A stretch of DNA of 64,000 nt, from contig BAAIJX010000053.1 in the NCBI GenBank assembly GCA_054600435.1, forward strand, positions 62,001 through 126,000, given 5' to 3'. Both the position numbers and the translations under genes were made by a program. Below the pieces are notes generated by a model. The model ran no database searches, had not been told where the DNA came from, and saw nothing but the letters and a program-made list of their open reading frames with translations. Of this stretch, positions 60,401 through 64,000 are shown piece after piece; the stretch's first letter is position 1, and each line of letters starts with the position of its first letter. The DNA comes from Neophaeotheca triangularis (lineage: Eukaryota).

Positions 60401-63400
60401 GCGGACGCTGACTGCTTTGTGGCAGCTGCAGCTACACTGGACTTGTTGAGTAGGTCCCAAAAGCTCCCAATCTGGCCGTCTGAACGCAGTACGTACAGCA
60501 GCACTACTACTGCGTGAATTGCTGACGAAGTCTCTTTAATACCAGCTTCCCGTACGCGTTGTCTCTTGATGGTCTCATAAAGCTGGCGAATCTCTGCGAA
60601 CCCAGTGGGAAAAACAGTCAAGGCCAATCTTGTGCTGACGTGGTGCACAAGGGCTTTTGCTGGCTGAGTCTCAGGGTGTGGGACCGCTGCATGGTTGCAG
60701 ATGGACAGAGCTTGTCGAGATAAGACACAGGAATAGATCAAACAGAGTCTCTTGAAACCGGCTGGTAGACTGTCTCGGGCACCAAGAAGCTCTTCAATAT
60801 CTTTAACGAACTGCTGAAGCCGTGAAGCGCAAGATGCGCGGTCGATGGGGTCTGAAAAGCTCAAGCACTTCGCCAAGTAGCGTACAAGAGATCCAAGGAG
60901 GTAGTCAACGGTCTGAAAACCACCGTCCTGGCGCTGAGCACGCACCGAAGCATCTTCCTCGGGCTCTGACAGAATATCTGTGGCCACAGCGATTGCTTGA
61001 GAAATCAAACCGAAGTCAGAGCTGACTTCCTCGTCCCAAGTGCTCCATCGTAAACTTTTGCTTTCGAGCTCGATTGCAATACGTCCTCTAGGGATGTCTA
61101 GATCTTGATCCGATAGTGATAGCGCATCGGCTAGGCCACCGCTCCCGATCAGTGTCGATGGGTGGAAGTAGGTGCCTAAAGGCAATGGCCGGATATCAAA
61201 GTCGGTAGGATATCGCGTACCGAATGGACCTAATCCTAAAAGGGGAATACCACTAGAGACTTCCGGAACTAGGGCCGAAGGTCTCTCGTCAGCGAGATTT
61301 AAATGCGGAAGAGGCTCACTCGGCTGGCGGTACTCCCAGGTATCCACGCCAAGTCTTTGAGCCGCCCGCTTTCGTGGTCTGCGCGGAAGCTTGACTGTCT
61401 TACTATGTTGGAGGTCTTCGTTAGGACCCTGGACGGACCCAACGTCCGCCCTATCGTTGTCGCCGTTGCCTCTATCATCAACTTGATCCTTCATGTAACG
61501 GTTGAGCTGGAAGTCAGGGGGTGCCTGTGCACGATTTCTGCGAGCGATTCCTTGGGTAAAACTGTACATGCGGCGCTCGAACGCAGCCTGGCGATGCTCT
61601 CGATCGAAAATCTGTTCCAGTGTCTCCAGCTGCGCGCCACGGGTACGCTGTCCGCTTGGTTTTGCAGGTTTTCGTTTTTGCTGCCTCGGAGTGCCGGTAG
61701 CAGGAACAAACTGTTCTTCGGATCTGCTGCCGTCGGTCGTCCCTTGGCCAAGCAATTGGGGCTCAATGCGCGATTGGCGGAACGGTGGAGTCTTCGCCTG
61801 CGGTCTGGCGGCTTTGATACGTTTCACTGGGTAAGGTTTCTGCTGAGGTTGAGGCAGCAGTTGCTGCTGATCATCAAAGTGCTGCTGCAATGAATCCCTG
61901 CCCTGGATTACTTCGTCTTCGTGCGAGATCACGTTCCTCCGCGTCTGCTGGACGTTTGCTGCAGAATTGACTGGAAGGTGCGGCGCGGAAGGTCGGATGG
62001 TGTGCTCGCGCCAGGCTTTCAAGGTATGTGTGGCGTCACGTGTGTCCTCGTCGGTGACGAGGCGCAAGATCTTGTTAGATGGCGAATGGCGACCTTTGTC
62101 AGGCCTGTTGCGCGCCTCTCGTCTTGCCAGACGAACGAAGGTTGGAGTGCTGCCACCATCTTGGCTTGGTGGTCTTGGCGCATCAAGAATACTGAGCTGA
62201 GGCGCTGAAGGACTTGCAATTTTGAGTTCTTTGTGGCGTTTAGAGGTATTCTTCGACGCTGCACTATGCCCTCGCTGCTGCTTTCCGAAACGCTGTTCGG
62301 AAGCGCTAGTTGGTTGCTGTCGTACTCGCTGCAAAGCGTCTTTAATCCGAGGCTGACGCTTCTCTGCAGGCTTCCCAGCAGATTCTCTCCTAGATGCGCT
62401 CGGCAACATGGGATCAATCCAGTCGACCTCCATATCCTCGTCGTCATCAACAGTGGTCCGATCGACCGTAAGTCGATTGTCTGCAAAGTCCAGCCGGTGG
62501 TGCTCGAAAGCAGGAGGTGGTACTACTACCCGGGACTCGGAGTCATCTCCACTGTCGTCGGAGATAACCTGAACTCGTGACGGGGTTCGACTGTTCGTCC
62601 TCCCTCCGTGTACTTTTTGCGCAATGCCTTTTTGCGGCATGGTCCGTACAGGTGAGCCAGTCGCTCTCCGCGCTTTCGAGGGAGATTCAATGACGTGACT
62701 CTTTTGGCCCTTTGCATCAATCTTCAACCATGAAGCTGGCAATACACCTCTGATCCTGCGCTTCTCTTTCCTGAGCTGATTGTCTTCATTTTCTGGAGAC
62801 ACTTCCGAGGAGTCGGACTGTGAACCCGAATCGCTAGAGATCTCTCGCGTCCTCTGCGTGAGTAGCCGCCGCCTTGAAACCAGAGTAGGATTCTCTTCAT
62901 CTGACGTTTGGGAGGAGACAGGACCTCTGCCTTCAGAGGAGACATGCGGCGTTGGCAGGGACACTGGCGACATGCCCAGCGGCAATCGAAATGCTGGCCT
63001 AGGTCGAGTGACTTGTCCTGGCGCCGGGGACGTGCTTGATGTCGGAGGCGGTGACGGCGGAATGGCATACTCATCAATGTCTGTAGGTTGTTGGCGAGGT
63101 CCTGGCACAACCGCAACCATCCGCCTGGGAGTTGGCTCCGCTGGGCCGTTCAGCCTTCGCCGTTTGTAAACACCTTGCAGAGCTCTGGGCGGCTTGCGGC
63201 GCAAGATTGCATCGACGTCGGGCAATTCATCATCTGAATTGGAAGCCATATTGACGTGCTTGCTAGCGTCGCCGTCCTGTCCTCCTGGTGATGCATGGCG
63301 CATTGGCGAGCTCTGGGAATGCGAGACCGACTGACATTCTTCTTCGCTCACGGATGCATCCTGTGCCTCTTCAGCTGCACGGGATGCCTCCGCCACCTTG

Positions 63401-64000
63401 ATCGGCCGCAAGCCCCTCCCTTTCCACTGTCTCTCATACGCTAGCTTCTCGTACATGTAAGGATGAAGTTGCTGTTCGTTGCGGGCCCTGAAAGTTCTCC
63501 GGGCTCTGCTTTCTTCTCGAGTGGATGCGAGTAAGTCCTGAAGTGTCGGACTGCCCTGTGACGCAGTCTCAGGAAGACCTTGCGCATTCTGCGGCCGTGC
63601 AGCAGCAATCGGAGGTGACCCATCGTAGGAGATATTCGAGCCAGCAAGTCCGGGAAACAAGAACCCAGGTGGTGGTGAGACTTCACGCTCGCTGAGCGGC
63701 GTAGAAGCGCGGCTATGAGTTTCTTCTACAGTGGCAGCTTCTGTGTCATCCACTGCCGCCAATACTCTCGTGGTAGGCGCTTCGCCTCGTTTGTCAGTGC
63801 TGTCGGTGTTGGTGTTTCGAGTAAGGACTTCGCTGGAGGGAAGCGCTGATAACGGGTCGGAATCGGTGGCCGTTGCCTCTGCAAGCGCAGGCGTGCCAGT
63901 GATTGGAATGTTGACGCCGCGCGGACGGGGCACATCTTCTTTGAAAGAAAGTGATGCGCTATTCACCCTGGGAGCTCTCCCCTTTTCCCCACGATGCTGG
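57442..64000 (-). CDS. MMS22: Mus7/MMS22 family replication-fork repair protein, 5' end outside the window
   Basis: >2170-aa open frame; RTFRARNEQQLHPY, RGVLPASWLK, GTYFHPSTLIGSG, FDFFAKR, LRNHHDLLCTLY motifs. Confidence 0.88.
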   Translation of the reverse strand, partial: QHRGEKGRAPRVNSASLSFKEDVPRPRGVNIPITGTPALAEATATDSDPLSALPSSEVLTRNTNTDSTDKRGEAPTTRVLAAVDDTEAATVEETHSRASTPLSEREVSPPPGFLFPGLAGSNISYDGSPPIAAARPQNAQGLPETASQGSPTLQDLLASTREESRARRTFRARNEQQLHPYMYEKLAYERQWKGRGLRPIKVAEASRAAEEAQDASVSEEECQSVSHSQSSPMRHASPGGQDGDASKHVNMASNSDDELPDVDAILRRKPPRALQGVYKRRRLNGPAEPTPRRMVAVVPGPRQQPTDIDEYAIPPSPPPTSSTSPAPGQVTRPRPAFRLPLGMSPVSLPTPHVSSEGRGPVSSQTSDEENPTLVSRRRLLTQRTREISSDSGSQSDSSEVSPENEDNQLRKEKRRIRGVLPASWLKIDAKGQKSHVIESPSKARRATGSPVRTMPQKGIAQKVHGGRTNSRTPSRVQVISDDSGDDSESRVVVPPPAFEHHRLDFADNRLTVDRTTVDDDEDMEVDWIDPMLPSASRRESAGKPAEKRQPRIKDALQRVRQQPTSASEQRFGKQQRGHSAASKNTSKRHKELKIASPSAPQLSILDAPRPPSQDGGSTPTFVRLARREARNRPDKGRHSPSNKILRLVTDEDTRDATHTLKAWREHTIRPSAPHLPVNSAANVQQTRRNVISHEDEVIQGRDSLQQHFDDQQQLLPQPQQKPYPVKRIKAARPQAKTPPFRQSRIEPQLLGQGTTDGSRSEEQFVPATGTPRQQKRKPAKPSGQRTRGAQLETLEQIFDREHRQAAFERRMYSFTQGIARRNRAQAPPDFQLNRYMKDQVDDRGNGDNDRADVGSVQGPNEDLQHSKTVKLPRRPRKRAAQRLGVDTWEYRQPSEPLPHLNLADERPSALVPEVSSGIPLLGLGPFGTRYPTDFDIRPLPLGTYFHPSTLIGSGGLADALSLSDQDLDIPRGRIAIELESKSLRWSTWDEEVSSDFGLISQAIAVATDILSEPEEDASVRAQRQDGGFQTVDYLLGSLVRYLAKCLSFSDPIDRASCASRLQQFVKDIEELLGARDSLPAGFKRLCLIYSCVLSRQALSICNHAAVPHPETQPAKALVHHVSTRLALTVFPTGFAEIRQLYETIKRQRVREAGIKETSSAIHAVVVLLYVLRSDGQIGSFWDLLNKSSVAAAATKQSASALDNAWYDLFSVLPVLELNAHGTLQVGSRFAGSLDNWVAIKRFLNRLFELYPATIARPGTTINEYTRAIFIRCHCLITRWGWFRCEPILGLIFDFFAKRSMAPLQNEESRGSPTFLSELDKAPSLDVELEDRSFAIFLKSLAAGLQGMSKHSVYNAKKIGGIAWRFIPNHGRTHRKDAELQQADLDSLRNHHDLLCTLYYASPGSNRIRLDLLRNLVDHSSSHREACRLSVRAWSNLAAFQVSTDEPAVSVEPFEAWYHDMLTATLGQYRQARPEAEQQFAIAKAKGADGMTEELLSMTIASNQRQIVATLIDLLTAMRRAVATAKSLPIVTSLVQASKFWNVFELFEPGNQRIGNMLKEALMLLRTCLEKESTFKTQSNSQSSSEDSQDWGDSSALQEFAAAEDLAVGGQPKMFEFLQEPTLQLLSSAFGAETSPEDSFLLDLVDTWVLVSTKCVATGIRSWTSCVDQYANTSWFQLLNTVQRRKYTGYYLALLVENGCCESDEARQIVLHAWLISLVEREGALKFQHRLTSALLKHAGAEILLQNLPFSKPKENDSYRINFQEFRQRRLSTISSVLSNVQTDFFEANDRGFQAALSVKRSYTEILRQVMMAMKSNYQELQADCQSETAQADTQGSYVEFVQQVVAMLQQYAGDVCQVDSFFTDSTAFPLPATDPTYVVGRLRSYAPKLKEPRPQKQLATFVHSVTERAVVDGQQPYLITQLSAALSDDMELDKNNSPTLRHVLLTSVFPVYIASCLTSTCAWILALPLLEASANVASSLLYRIKFERCSSVEAASEIFDCFLSSLVQPVELALIHPGLLRLSHVRRPLAVIYDVARACLTTVQYLGEFPNASKAPKARLDRLSFLARTVQTALSRSEDAIVPEDDVVQPAPNDPWPEARIFASRQVQEAFDRDWKAMDGQYYVRRGQGWKEVLVDLGEEDEEKEALLASLARFCAAHERILSGRAKCASNARGSDGHETGALMV

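Overview
Eukaryotic, gene-dense filamentous-ascomycete DNA with short GT-AG introns and CTRAC branch points; a Dothideomycete such as Mycosphaerellales is inferred from protein style and RIP. About 16 protein genes are readable: NCR1/NPC1, a secreted lipocalin, a half-size ABCG transporter, a MOSC-less Moco-sulfurase-like protein, a HerA/FtsK-like ATPase, DUG2, an Arg/Asp-rich orphan, a CreD-like arrestin, ZDS1, GEM1, a BAR-PH protein, CreC, SEC17, GEP3, a Tsp3-like tetraspanin and a 5'-truncated MMS22/Mus7; there is also a frameshifted orphan. A complete RIP-destroyed hAT transposon (10700-14368; 11-bp TIRs, 8-bp TSD GTTGCGTG) carries a transposase relic plus a second unknown ORF relic. The most notable unexplained signal is a ~1.4 kb intergenic segment (22920-24330) that can fold on the + strand into a long nested G-U-rich rod with branched hairpins, a candidate large structured ncRNA. 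A second, weaker fold-back segment lies at 9400-10700. All exon boundaries and base pairings were read by eye; no searches or folding calculations were run.
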